In this document: piece by piece, positions 31,635 through 41,680 of the stretch
How positions within the stretch are numbered: the first letter of the stretch is position 1
Layout: each line of letters begins with the position of its first letter
Sequence record: LC765218.1
Source: Pseudomonas phage BRkr
Reading direction: 5' to 3' (one strand)
Length of the DNA: 64,000 nt
The notes under the pieces: generated by a model
Seen by the model: the letters and a program-made list of their open reading frames with translations, nothing else
Database searches by the model: none
Told to the model about the DNA's origin: nothing
Translations under genes and position numbers: made by a program

Positions 31635-31997
31635 ATGGAAATATTCTCCCTTATCGAACTTCTCTTCGTATTACTCGTCGGTCATGCTGTTTGCGATTAC
31701 GCGCTACAGAATGATTTTATGGCCGCTGCAAAGAACCATACTACTGAACTAGGTAAGACCTATTGGCTCTACGTTCTTCCAGCACATGGTCTTATTCATG
31801 GAGGTTGGGTATACGTAGTAACGGGTAGTTTTGTTCTAGGGGCGGCTGAAACAATTATCCATTGCATCACAGATTATCTGAAATGTGATGGTAAAATTGG
31901 ATTCCATACTGACCAATGGATTCATATTGGGTGTAAGGTACTTTGGGTAATTCTACTAGCATATCAGTTTGACTTCCTGCAACAACTCCCTGTATAA
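31635..31997 (+). CDS. multi-pass membrane protein (120 aa)
   Basis: Three or more hydrophobic helices; terminator follows. Confidence 0.5.
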   Translation: MEIFSLIELLFVLLVGHAVCDYALQNDFMAAAKNHTTELGKTYWLYVLPAHGLIHGGWVYVVTGSFVLGAAETIIHCITDYLKCDGKIGFHTDQWIHIGCKVLWVILLAYQFDFLQQLPV

Positions 31998-32102
31998 ACG
32001 CATAGCTCGCCTTAGGGCGGGCTTTATGCCTTATCTGATGAAAGTATAAGGATATATATTTTCGTGTTGTGGAAGAGACCGTGGCCCCTATAGGAGGGGA
32101 AG

Positions 32103-32591
32103 ATGGTTATTAGTCAGAATACTGCTACTGAGATTGATTCTCAAGTTGCCAAAGGTTTATCTATTGGGTATTTCGGTAAAGGAGATGACTTATCTCTTAT
32201 TCCCCGTATGATCGGTGACTGGAATATCAGAACAATAGAGGAACAGAGGTCACCCGGAACAGGGTATATTGTGGCGGTTCCATCGAATACACGCACTCGA
32301 CTTATTTATGCTGCTGGTCGAATAGCGTGGTTAGTAGCTTTAGGTTACTCTGAGCAAACAGCTCATGTTTATCTTAAAGCTAGTTCTACCGTTGCAAAAC
32401 GTTGGGATCATGAGGTGGCACAGTTTGTACTAACTAACTACGGAATTGATACATTTATTCTAGAGCAAGCCTTATCCAGTGATAACCCAAAGAAATATCT
32501 AGAATCACAAGGATATTATTCTAGGGTATCTCGTGGTAAGATTATTGCTAGTTGTCAGATTCTTCGCAATATCCGTGGTCTATCAAAATAA
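32103..32591 (+). CDS. hypothetical protein (162 aa)
   Basis: GGGGAAGATG. Confidence 0.5.
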   Translation: MVISQNTATEIDSQVAKGLSIGYFGKGDDLSLIPRMIGDWNIRTIEEQRSPGTGYIVAVPSNTRTRLIYAAGRIAWLVALGYSEQTAHVYLKASSTVAKRWDHEVAQFVLTNYGIDTFILEQALSSDNPKKYLESQGYYSRVSRGKIIASCQILRNIRGLSK

Positions 32592-32594
32592 CTG

Positions 32595-32620
32595 GAGCCT
32601 TCGGGCTCCTTTTATTTCGC
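32595..32620 (+). terminator. terminator ggagcc-ttcg-ggctcc + TTTTATTT
   Basis: Canonical. Confidence 0.65.
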
Positions 32621-32667
32621 ATAGTCCCTTATTCTTATGACTTCCTTATCGTAAAGGTTCACTCCCT

Positions 32668-33099
32668 ATGAGATTCTTTTGTGACGCTGAATTTGACGTA
32701 CCAACTGATAGTTTGATTTCTCTTGCTATTGTATCTGAAGATGGCAACCGAGAGTTCTATGAAGTACTCGAACATAAGCATATTCAAGACGACTGGGTAA
32801 AGGCAAACGTCATTCCTATTCTTCAAAAAGATCCTATTTCGTTTGAAGAATTCCAGATCCGCCTTGAGAAATTTGTATCGCAATTTGCTGGTATGAATAT
32901 AATCGTTAACCACCCCAATGACGTTATTTATTTTAACAAAGCTCTATTAGGGGAGAAGGGGAAATGGATTATGATTCAACCATTGACTTTTGATATTGAT
33001 GATCGTCTCAGTGGTAAAGGATCTAAACTTTTGCACAATGCGCTATTCGATGCCAGGGCGACACGCGAGGACTGGTTTAAAAAGAATGGCTATACATGA
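32668..33099 (+). CDS. DEDDh-family 3'-5' exonuclease (DnaQ/RNase T-like, 143 aa)
   Basis: Motif I CDAEFD (DxE) near the N-terminus and motif III HNALFDARAT (H-x4-D) near the C-terminus. Confidence 0.6.
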   Translation: MRFFCDAEFDVPTDSLISLAIVSEDGNREFYEVLEHKHIQDDWVKANVIPILQKDPISFEEFQIRLEKFVSQFAGMNIIVNHPNDVIYFNKALLGEKGKWIMIQPLTFDIDDRLSGKGSKLLHNALFDARATREDWFKKNGYT

Positions 33100-33120
33100 A
33101 ACCATTTTGGATAAATAGAA

Positions 33121-33792
33121 ATGACAACTGTACTTGAACAGATGACGGGTAAACCCGGTCGTAAATGCCGAGGCGAATCTCTTTTACGTCTTCTGATCTC
33201 CACGAGTTATCCACAGACAATTCTGTCGGATCTAACATTTGCTTTTACTAAGCACTCTGGAACAGATGACGAAGAGTCGCTTGAAAAACTTGCAGTACTA
33301 ATGCGAAATATCGAAAAAGAATTTGATATGTTCGACTTCATCCGCTGTATTGAAATTAGACGAGATGGCGATGTTATTAACATCATTGTTAAACGACTTG
33401 ATTTTGATCCAACCATGCGTGCACTGAATGATAGTGTTGATACGCATGAACACATGGCTAGCTCGTGCGTAACTCTATCCAATGCAGATGACCGCCTTGA
33501 AGATGTTGAGCAACTAGCTATTAAACTGCTGGAAGTATTCTATCGTTCTCAAGTTAAAGTTAAACGTGGTACAGAAATTGCGACTACAACTTGGAAATGT
33601 CGTTATCGTGAATCTGATCGTCGTAAATCGAAAGCTGAGCAAACTGCGATCGATACTAACCTTGACTTTGAAGGTGTAGTAGAAACAATCGCTGCTTCGC
33701 TCTGTAAGCGCCGTTTCCATTTAGTCCTTACACAGAATGCCTTTCTGCTTCTGGATCAACGTAAACGCATCTGGGGCGTTAGCAGGGGATGA
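33121..33792 (+). CDS. hypothetical protein (223 aa)
   Basis: ATG; ends at the bidirectional terminator. Confidence 0.5.
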   Translation: MTTVLEQMTGKPGRKCRGESLLRLLISTSYPQTILSDLTFAFTKHSGTDDEESLEKLAVLMRNIEKEFDMFDFIRCIEIRRDGDVINIIVKRLDFDPTMRALNDSVDTHEHMASSCVTLSNADDRLEDVEQLAIKLLEVFYRSQVKVKRGTEIATTTWKCRYRESDRRKSKAEQTAIDTNLDFEGVVETIAASLCKRRFHLVLTQNAFLLLDQRKRIWGVSRG

Positions 33793-33796
33793 CAAC

Positions 33797-33828
33797 ATAA
33801 AGCCTCCCCGAAGGGAGGCGTTTATGTC
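33797..33828. terminator. perfectly bidirectional terminator (ataaagcctcccc-gaa-gggaggcgtttat); gives the hairpin+CTTTATG pattern on both strands
   Basis: Between plus gene 33121..33792 and minus gene 33830..36880. Confidence 0.75.
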
Positions 33829-33829
33829 G

Positions 33830-36800
33830 TTATTGTACAGGTACTGGATTTCCATTAACTGGAATCATCCAACGTTTTGTTGGATCTTCAAAACTTTGAA
33901 GAATCCTTGGTGCACCGTAGATGTCTTTTACCTTAGTGTTAGGTAAGATAGTCCAGGTATCATTAAACCAAGCATATACCGTATTGGTTTTCATATCGCA
34001 AACAATATTTCTCTTTAGACTACTCTCGTAAGTAATGTCTTTGAAATAAGAGTTAGCCTGCGACAAACTACCAAAACCATATTTCTTACCACCTTTGAAA
34101 ATACTTAATTCAGGATGGTCATTTAGATTAATACTCATGTCATAGGCTGGATTAAATGTTGTTCCATTCCAATCCGAACATTTAACATTAAACAGGTCAC
34201 CTGTTCTGATTACCTTAACACGTATGAATCTACCGCTCCAACCTTTAGGTGGTGTTGCTTCCCTAACTGAATATTCCTTATACTCAGTGGGATTCGCATT
34301 CCAAGTCGTATGCTTGCTAAAGTCCTTTACAATGGACTGAACTGGCCATACTGGTCTATTAGACCAATCTCCACTTGGACCGGATATTACTAAGTCAAGT
34401 GTATGGTTACGTCCAGCAGCTTCATCACGATTAAATGCTAGAATAACCGTGTTAAAGTCGTCGTCAGCATCACTTGATGTAAGAGTGACTTCAAGTTCAT
34501 ATGACTCTGGAGCTTCATCAGAAATGAATCCATTATAAAGACTAGTATTGATTGGTTGAACCGCAGCCTGTAATGTATCATTCCAGTACCAACTAGCGGC
34601 ATCACCTTCTGCACCTACACCACCAGGGAATAGTTTATCATTATTAAACCTATCCCAACTCTCGAAGATTTGTTTTGGCGTCGGAGGTTTTAACCTTTCA
34701 AGAGTCTCTAACGTTTCGGCTGTAGTTGCATAAGCTAAACCCTGAACATTAGTTTTCTGTAACTCACCAGTGAAATAACTAATAAGATTCTTAAAGTGAG
34801 AACCTACACTTAAAGTATTATTTAGAATATTGTAAACTGGTCGGAGTTGATGAATATCTTCAACTAGTTTGTGGGGCACTTGGATAGGAGTAACAGAATA
34901 GATAGGTTCACCCGTTTCTGTAGTACCTGTCTTAAATCGATCAAGATACGGCTTGGTATTTTCAGCGCGACCATATCGGTTAGCAATAGCAGGCGTATAA
35001 CGTTTGATCGGTAATCGGGATTCGTACTCAAACGGCTCTACGATTTTAACTCGTATTTCATCGTTATCATTAACATAGATTCCGTCTACTGGATAGATCG
35101 TCTGATGACTACCTGTTTCAGTAGAGTACCAAGCCTGACCAACTTTTGTTTCCCTTGCTGCCGCCGAACCTTCAGAACGGTAAATATCTGCTATAATACT
35201 ACCAACAGAAGATCCATCGATTTCTATTGTAATGTCAGCAATATCAGACAAGTCGGTATCGAGCAGGGTGATATTATTACCTTCTTTATCTTTGAAGATA
35301 ACATAGTCACCTGTACCAATGAGGTATGCGAAACTCATCGACTTAACGCTACCGTCCGTTAACCGTAGCAAGAAGTTAACAGTATGTTTTCCAGGGTTGA
35401 AGGTTAATGTCACTGGATCCTTCTTTTGGAAAACAACTTCTTTAACGACTACACTCGACTCACTACCACCAGCTACGATAAAATCGCCATCAGTTAGATC
35501 ATTGTAGAGAACATGATCGCCGTAAGTCGATCGTATAAATCCAACGTTAACATTCGATCTATCGACAGAACCACTGAAATATGCGTTGAAGTTTACAGCA
35601 AGTTGGTTAGCAGTAACAAAGAAACAGTTAGATGCAGTTGGAACCGGATACGCTTCTTCGATGCTGTTAATAACTGGACCATGGTCTGTAAATATGAAAA
35701 TGCCATTACCAGCTTTCCGATATGTAAGAATATCCTGAATCGCAGTTTGCGTAAACTTACCGTTAACTGATTGATTCGGATCACTTAAAGAACCAACAAA
35801 TACCAACCCTGCGTAATTGTTTAATTCCGTTAAGGTTGGATTTAAATGGGTTCCATCATAATCGGTCTGATCTTTCAGAGTGCATGTAAAACCACCAGCT
35901 CCCGCAACCTTAGTAATGTATTCATTGAACGCGGTCTTCAGTACATAGTTACCAGTAGTTGCATCACCTAGGACAAGAATGTTTTTATTACCGCTAGCGA
36001 CTTTCGCAGGGTTAGCAATAAAATCAAGACAGTTCTTAAAATAGGTTTGACTAGAGTTTAGGTTTTTACCTGGACCAAGATAGCGTTTACGGGTAACAGT
36101 CCAACTACCTATCCAATCCTGCGGTGTTGTTGGATTAACCACAAGACTGTTCGTCATGATAGCGAAAGCAACAGTTGTTCCGTTAAGGATCCGTGCATTT
36201 CTCAGCTGCCCACGATACTCTTTTACAAGGGTAGGATCTGCTTCATTTTCAAATGCCACGGTCCAAGTCGATAACCGCTTACCAACAATGGCTTCCAATG
36301 GGACTGTACGTGTTACCCATTTGTTTTTCCATTCTGGCCTATCTCTACACATAACTGGATGTGTTGCAGTGGCGGGGTTACCATTGTCTTTGATTACAGG
36401 ACTGTAGTTCCTAAATCGAACAGGGTTATTACCAGTTTCATCATAAACAGTACAGTCTAAACCAAAATATGCATCATCGAACACATAGTGATCGTAAACA
36501 AGAACATCTCCACTTTTAACTGTGTAAGTGTTATTGTTAATTACTTCATAGTAGCAAAGGTCTAGACCGTTTGCATCAGGTTGTAGTCTAGCAGAGAAAT
36601 CTAGAACACCCTGAGTCATGGAAATGTTTGCTGCCTGTGGATTCATGAACTTTGGAAAACCACCATCGTAAACAACGTTGCCGTTACCATCTTGGGTAAC
36701 GGCAATGAATGGAGTAGGCGGGCTTAAAGAATCGTAAGCGATATACTCAGAAACGACCGGCGGTAAACCATTAACAGAATACGCGACACCATTAGTAGCG

Positions 36801-36880
36801 ACATTAGAATCAAATGTCCATTTTACAACCTGGGTACTAGGATAGGCCCCAGGTTTTTTGTCTGGATTAGCATATGCCAT
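33830..36880 (-). CDS. tail fibre / host-recognition protein (1016 aa)
   Basis: Long beta-rich Asn/Thr/Gly/Ser composition typical of fibres; sits in a minus-strand block with other putative virion proteins. Confidence 0.55.
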   Translation of the reverse strand: MAYANPDKKPGAYPSTQVVKWTFDSNVATNGVAYSVNGLPPVVSEYIAYDSLSPPTPFIAVTQDGNGNVVYDGGFPKFMNPQAANISMTQGVLDFSARLQPDANGLDLCYYEVINNNTYTVKSGDVLVYDHYVFDDAYFGLDCTVYDETGNNPVRFRNYSPVIKDNGNPATATHPVMCRDRPEWKNKWVTRTVPLEAIVGKRLSTWTVAFENEADPTLVKEYRGQLRNARILNGTTVAFAIMTNSLVVNPTTPQDWIGSWTVTRKRYLGPGKNLNSSQTYFKNCLDFIANPAKVASGNKNILVLGDATTGNYVLKTAFNEYITKVAGAGGFTCTLKDQTDYDGTHLNPTLTELNNYAGLVFVGSLSDPNQSVNGKFTQTAIQDILTYRKAGNGIFIFTDHGPVINSIEEAYPVPTASNCFFVTANQLAVNFNAYFSGSVDRSNVNVGFIRSTYGDHVLYNDLTDGDFIVAGGSESSVVVKEVVFQKKDPVTLTFNPGKHTVNFLLRLTDGSVKSMSFAYLIGTGDYVIFKDKEGNNITLLDTDLSDIADITIEIDGSSVGSIIADIYRSEGSAAARETKVGQAWYSTETGSHQTIYPVDGIYVNDNDEIRVKIVEPFEYESRLPIKRYTPAIANRYGRAENTKPYLDRFKTGTTETGEPIYSVTPIQVPHKLVEDIHQLRPVYNILNNTLSVGSHFKNLISYFTGELQKTNVQGLAYATTAETLETLERLKPPTPKQIFESWDRFNNDKLFPGGVGAEGDAASWYWNDTLQAAVQPINTSLYNGFISDEAPESYELEVTLTSSDADDDFNTVILAFNRDEAAGRNHTLDLVISGPSGDWSNRPVWPVQSIVKDFSKHTTWNANPTEYKEYSVREATPPKGWSGRFIRVKVIRTGDLFNVKCSDWNGTTFNPAYDMSINLNDHPELSIFKGGKKYGFGSLSQANSYFKDITYESSLKRNIVCDMKTNTVYAWFNDTWTILPNTKVKDIYGAPRILQSFEDPTKRWMIPVNGNPVPVQ

Positions 36881-36892
36881 TTCAGGCTCCTA

Positions 36893-37294
36893 TTAAGGTA
36901 CGATTTTCTTATGGGGTGCTCTGACAATGACAATGTATGCAACGGTGGCAGACGACGGGTTAGCAATAACCAACGTACCATCATCTTTAATACCCCAGGT
37001 TAATACAGCAGAAGCGTCAATGTAACAATCTTTGGTGAGAGAACCGTTTACAGTATCTCTAATCTTTACTTCTACAGAAGCCGCACGGGGTACCTCTGAA
37101 CCAGCTGGAATCAAAGGAACAAGATCATACGTCCTAGTTCCGCCTGCCGGTACCGTTGTACTCTCGTAAATGATGGCTGCTGCGCCACCACCTCCACCAG
37201 AACCGCCACCAGCGATTAGTTCTTCGATCTTAAGTAGATAACGGTTGATGGCCGCAATCATACCTTTATTTGTTTCACTCATTGTAGACTCCAA
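36893..37294 (-). CDS. small protein with a poly-Gly linker (133 aa; GGGSGGGGGAAA)
   Basis: ATG; stop abuts the helicase gene. Confidence 0.45.
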   Translation of the reverse strand: MESTMSETNKGMIAAINRYLLKIEELIAGGGSGGGGGAAAIIYESTTVPAGGTRTYDLVPLIPAGSEVPRAASVEVKIRDTVNGSLTKDCYIDASAVLTWGIKDDGTLVIANPSSATVAYIVIVRAPHKKIVP

Positions 37295-40200
37295 TCACCG
37301 CAAATATGCGGGAACATTAGATTTGGGTTTAAGGGGTATCTCGAAATCAACTGTCGGAATCTCGATGTCGAATTTTTCGAATGCTTTCTGAAGAACACTA
37401 TGGATTACTTTGTTCTCATCAAACTGTGTTTCATCACCATAGTCTTCCATTGCCTCTCCAATCTCAAATGGAGACTTGATACCCATAATCGCTTCTACTT
37501 GATCCTGACTCCATTTAAGAATATCAGCCGATCGGGTAGAGATATTTGGGATATCCCCAGTATCGAGAGAACACTGGTAAACAACAACTTGAGAATCTTG
37601 ACCTAAACGATAAGCACGAGATATAGCCTGTTCCAGAATATAAGCTCTGAATGGACTATTCAATAGAATCAAGGTATCTGCCATTGTCAGGCGAACAGCC
37701 GTCGATAGAGAAGCATATGTAGCATTGAGTGGATTTAGATCCTTACCCGAATCAAAGCGTTTAACGATTTCAGCCAGTTCATTAGTAGTCTTCCCATAAA
37801 CGGCTAGTGGTTTCATACCTAGCTTAACACAATGTGCATCTGCTGCTTCCACTGCTTCAACAAAGCTAGTAAACATAATCGTCTTCTTGTGAGTAGATTC
37901 TGTAATACCAACCCAGTCGACATACGGGACCATTGCCACGTGGCACTCAATACGTTTACCACCTAACACACGTCCAAGACATTCACCTTGAATCTTAAGG
38001 TTAGTATATTTAATAACCGATTTGATGTCTCTGAACTCATGGATGAATTGCTTTGGAAGGGAAGGTCCAAATACTAATTTCTCGTATTGGTTCGTTGCTT
38101 TAATTTCCTCTCCTGCAAAGCGTGGATCAGGGATCTGTTGAACATACTTGACCAGATCCAAGTACTCTTTGAAGGCTCTTTCCTGTGCGGCTGTTTTGAG
38201 GGTTTTTCGATGGAGTCCACAGAACTCTGCCCAGCGTTTATCATCTTCAGGTCTCCGCTTCTTGTAGTAAGCCCAGCGTTCTTGAATAAATGCTTCCATA
38301 ACCTTTCTAATAGCCGGAAGGGTGAAGTCATCACCATTCGGAATTTTAATTGGATAAGGACGCATGATCGGGGGCTCTAGGTCGAGTTCTTGTTTCTCTA
38401 CCTTGTAGGATACGAGACCTAATCGATGTCTGATTATATCGAGTCCTTTAGATGCTTCTTTACCATACATCTTCTTGAAGCGTTCTTCTACCTGCGGAGT
38501 GAATAGAGGATCTACTATTCGCAGTAAGTTAATCAGTTCAACACCCAATGCTTTTACAGGCGTGCCCGAAGCTAAAAGATTATTACGAGAACCGACCATC
38601 TTTACAATGAGTTGATAAAGTTTAGTCCGTGTAGAGTTAGGGTCATTCATGTTGTGCGATTCATCTAGAATCGTCACAGTACGTTTGCTACCAACTATAT
38701 TACGGTTTCTAAGAAGTTCTACTACCTTATCCATTGCATCGTAATGACAGACGATCCAACGCTGTCCTTTGTAGGGCATATTAGGTTCGAACGTATGCCA
38801 AACTGTTTGCGGCTTATGGAACATCTCTTTCAGGGAATCTAACCAGACTAGATCCAAAGCATTCTTAGGACACATTACAACAATGAGTTCAGCATCAAGC
38901 ATCTCGGCAATAGCTGAAGTAAGATATGTGTTATGTGTCACGACGAAATCATCGGTTACATAAAGGTGATCGGGATGTTCAACCTGAATACATTGACATT
39001 CCACTCGATCTGACAGGTTAACATGTTTCACCTGTAAACGAAGATTATCCGCGTATTGGTGATTGTCGTTGCATCGAGCTATTTTGCGATCAAGGCGGAA
39101 AAGCGCACTGGGGGTATCAAACCGGACAGCTACCCGATAAGACATGTTACCGTACTTCTTGACGCCGTTGTACGTGAATGTAGGCTCTTTGAACGCCAGT
39201 TTGGCAATTCCACCCAGGGAACGAACTAGGTACTGGAACTGCTTGGCTAACATGTAGCTGCAACTGGTGAAACTGAGGTTGCTATTCTCGTCAACTGTAC
39301 CATCCGTGTCCATAAGACCTTGTACAAGAGCCAATCGCTGGGCAGTAGAACTGAACAGGTATTCTTGCGGAATGAATTTAGAAAGGGAATTCGTTCCTAG
39401 CAAATTCATATCTCGAAGAGCACTGATATATGGGTTACGTTCACCTTTCTTGTTGATGACCCCCATGGTAATGGAGTCACGGGCAATAAGATTGAGGTTA
39501 TCCGGGAGAGCTTTACTAAACGTGTCGAATAGCTGAGGATCACCACTGGTAATGGTCACACAACTCGAACTGATCCCACCGGCGCCAAGAATAACTCCGA
39601 GGTTATACGGATCGATCGGTAGATCGACATCCATACCTTCTTCGGACTTACAGAGTTGCACGTAAAGTCGATTCCGGTATGACTTCATAGACATGTAACC
39701 GAACAGGGTGGCGGTGTTGATTACTCGCCAACCATCGCTACCGTCCCTCGTCCAATTATAGCAATAGACTCGCCATAGGTGCTCATCACATGCTTCGGTC
39801 GTGCGACCGTCTTTGAAGGTAACCGTAAAAGTTTGTTTCTTCCCTTGTGGGTAAACGCCGGTGACCTTAGTCGGGGTACCGTCCCAAGCAGTGACCATGT
39901 CACCAACTTGAATATCACCCATACGTTTCCAGCCACCAGGAATTTTAACCATGGCGTTTAGTGGTTGTGCCTTACCCGTACCGGCGGCCGCGGCAATTAA
40001 GTCACCATTTAGATTGTATTGATCTAGCCGATAGGTATAGTTCTTGAAATATTCTAATTGATACGGTTTTGGATCAAATTTTAATCGAGACAGATTAGCT
40101 AGATTAAGTCGCCCTTGTACTGATTTCTCATCAATGGCTTTAGTAGAGGCAAGCCAAGTATTCTGTAAAAGCGCATCTTTAATAGCAGCGATCATTTTTA

Positions 40201-40450
40201 CAGAGGTGTATCGAGAACGGTAATAGACAATGTTTTCCAACATGTACATTACTTCAGGTGCAAAGAACTTATAGAAGCTTAATGAGTTCCGACCAATGTT
40301 GTTGAACAAGTTGGTTGTAATCTTGGAAGTCTTCCAATGCTTACTGATATCTCGGACTATGTCGAAGCCACGAATACCAGAGATGATAATCTCCGTTTCA
40401 GTTTCTTTGACTGTCAAGCCGCCAAATATCGAACGGAATGAGTCTAACAT
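37295..40450 (-). CDS. SNF2-family (SF2) helicase/ATPase interrupted by a 347-aa intein (1051 aa precursor)
   Basis: Motifs I GTGK|T (split by the intein), II TILDESHN, III LLASGTPV, IV KTIMFTSF, V LSTAVRLTMADTLILLNSPF, VI QAISRAYRLGQ (the SNF2 QAxxRxxRxGQ motif). Confidence 0.85.
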   Translation of the reverse strand: MLDSFRSIFGGLTVKETETEIIISGIRGFDIVRDISKHWKTSKITTNLFNNIGRNSLSFYKFFAPEVMYMLENIVYYRSRYTSVKMIAAIKDALLQNTWLASTKAIDEKSVQGRLNLANLSRLKFDPKPYQLEYFKNYTYRLDQYNLNGDLIAAAAGTGKAQPLNAMVKIPGGWKRMGDIQVGDMVTAWDGTPTKVTGVYPQGKKQTFTVTFKDGRTTEACDEHLWRVYCYNWTRDGSDGWRVINTATLFGYMSMKSYRNRLYVQLCKSEEGMDVDLPIDPYNLGVILGAGGISSSCVTITSGDPQLFDTFSKALPDNLNLIARDSITMGVINKKGERNPYISALRDMNLLGTNSLSKFIPQEYLFSSTAQRLALVQGLMDTDGTVDENSNLSFTSCSYMLAKQFQYLVRSLGGIAKLAFKEPTFTYNGVKKYGNMSYRVAVRFDTPSALFRLDRKIARCNDNHQYADNLRLQVKHVNLSDRVECQCIQVEHPDHLYVTDDFVVTHNTYLTSAIAEMLDAELIVVMCPKNALDLVWLDSLKEMFHKPQTVWHTFEPNMPYKGQRWIVCHYDAMDKVVELLRNRNIVGSKRTVTILDESHNMNDPNSTRTKLYQLIVKMVGSRNNLLASGTPVKALGVELINLLRIVDPLFTPQVEERFKKMYGKEASKGLDIIRHRLGLVSYKVEKQELDLEPPIMRPYPIKIPNGDDFTLPAIRKVMEAFIQERWAYYKKRRPEDDKRWAEFCGLHRKTLKTAAQERAFKEYLDLVKYVQQIPDPRFAGEEIKATNQYEKLVFGPSLPKQFIHEFRDIKSVIKYTNLKIQGECLGRVLGGKRIECHVAMVPYVDWVGITESTHKKTIMFTSFVEAVEAADAHCVKLGMKPLAVYGKTTNELAEIVKRFDSGKDLNPLNATYASLSTAVRLTMADTLILLNSPFRAYILEQAISRAYRLGQDSQVVVYQCSLDTGDIPNISTRSADILKWSQDQVEAIMGIKSPFEIGEAMEDYGDETQFDENKVIHSVLQKAFEKFDIEIPTVDFEIPLKPKSNVPAYLR
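38930..39970 (-). mobile_element. intein (residues ~161-507) with a LAGLIDADG homing-endonuclease domain, inserted between K and T of the Walker-A GTGKT
   Basis: N-terminal block A AQPLNAMVKIPGG..GDIQVGDMV (Ala1 instead of Cys); LAGLIDADG-like LVQGLMDTDGTV; C-terminal VVTHN followed by +1 Thr; the exteins rejoin as AAAGTGKTYLTSAIA. Confidence 0.7.
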
Positions 40451-40532
40451 GTGGGTTTATCCTTAAGGGGTAAATTCATAGAATTGGCCTACGTGTAAGA
40501 TTTAGAAAAAGATTACTAAAACAGTAATGATA

Positions 40533-40657
40533 TAGTCAAGGCAGTCGCGCATAGCGCTGCACTTTAAGGGGGTGATCCAGCCGATTCTTTAACTTGATAC
40601 GTTAAAGTATTTGCGGGAGCAAAGACGAGTATCTAACTACGGTGCCTTGACGACTAT
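40533..40657. ncRNA. candidate structured RNA element (an 11-bp interrupted closing stem enclosing three hairpins); strand uncertain
   Basis: tagtcaaggca (40533-43) pairs with tgccttgacgacta (40644-57); internal hairpins gcgc-ata-gcgc, ctttaac-ttgatac-gttaaag, tttgc-ggga-gcaaa; no ORF; lies in a 268-nt gap. Confidence 0.3.
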
Positions 40658-40688
40658 GTTTGGACTCTCTAATCTAAACAGACATATC

Positions 40689-40718
40689 GCCCGGCTCAAT
40701 GCCGGGCTTTATGTTGTC
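40689..40718 (+). terminator. plus-oriented terminator gcccggc-tcaat-gccgggc + CTTTATGTTG, although both flanking genes are minus-strand
   Basis: Matches the plus-strand terminator signature used throughout the window; 6 nt from the stop of minus gene 40719. Confidence 0.55.
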
Positions 40719-41672
40719 TCATCGAATCAAACGTAAAGCTGGATTGAATCCACGGCTACTACCATAAGCTGTAAAAGCATTGTCAAGCTGGTGAGCGATA
40801 GATGTGCTAAATCCACGTTGGATACAACGGTTATCTTCAGTAACAGCTTTATAGAAAATATTCAAGCCATTACCTGGAGCTATAGACGATGGTAACTGAT
40901 TACCATAACGACTGCGTTGATAACCAGAATACAACTGTCCAGTTGGGTTTACTGCTGTATTGAATAGACGTTCGAAGGTATCTAAAGCTAGATCATTCAT
41001 CACATGGAGACTTACCATCGCATCAGTAGCATTGGTGTATACTACCTTATCACCATGTGGGATACATCCAACAGCAAAACTATTACCATTCCTAGAATAG
41101 ATCCTACCCTGCATTACAGCTGGATTAGTGAGAGATGATGGCAAAGTACCAACACCGTCTTCTACCGTATCAAGGAGAACACCTGTCCTATAAACATCCA
41201 TGAATGACATTCCAGAATATGGAACTCTGTTCGGGATGTAATACGTTACACCTTTGAACTGTATTTTCCATGCTTCTGTTGGTTGATCAACAGTATTCGT
41301 GAAGTTAGATGGTAAAGCCAAATTTGTTTTAAAATCAGCCACCTCAAAGACATCTTCGATTGGACATGTTCCGAAGTAGCCAATCCACCAGTCACCGAAT
41401 ACGGGAGTTTCGGGACCAGGTCCTTTATTAGTGTAATCAATAATGCAAATAGCTTTTACATCACTCAATACGAAAGAACCTGTATTGTCCGTACCAATAA
41501 CAAGATAGAAATAAGGTGTATCTTTCAAAGCAGTATCGTCTACAAATTCTCGATCAGTAACATCCAGCTGCTTAAAAACAGCTGGAAGATTATTCACATC
41601 AAATGGTTCTGTAGAACGATAAGCTTTTAAGTCAACAATATCACCTGTAACCGAAAAGCCTACTTTAATCAT
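40719..41672 (-). CDS. paralog 4 of a four-gene tandem family (317 aa; FN3-like N-terminus + conserved C-terminal domain), putative fibre / receptor-binding protein
   Basis: Shares GPGP...GYFG...W(K/H)KF..G..F.(P)...(V/L)Y..G motifs with the three upstream genes. Confidence 0.6.
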   Translation of the reverse strand: MIKVGFSVTGDIVDLKAYRSTEPFDVNNLPAVFKQLDVTDREFVDDTALKDTPYFYLVIGTDNTGSFVLSDVKAICIIDYTNKGPGPETPVFGDWWIGYFGTCPIEDVFEVADFKTNLALPSNFTNTVDQPTEAWKIQFKGVTYYIPNRVPYSGMSFMDVYRTGVLLDTVEDGVGTLPSSLTNPAVMQGRIYSRNGNSFAVGCIPHGDKVVYTNATDAMVSLHVMNDLALDTFERLFNTAVNPTGQLYSGYQRSRYGNQLPSSIAPGNGLNIFYKAVTEDNRCIQRGFSTSIAHQLDNAFTAYGSSRGFNPALRLIR

Positions 41673-41680
41673 CGAATCAC

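Noticed and set aside
33737-33946. A plus-strand ORF spanning the bidirectional terminator into the fibre gene
   Set aside because: It crosses a strong terminator hairpin and is antisense to the fibre gene.
40451-40718. A possible tRNA in the structured intergenic region
   Set aside because: No GTTCRANYC T-loop, no anticodon-stem geometry and no 7-bp acceptor stem with a discriminator/CCA context.
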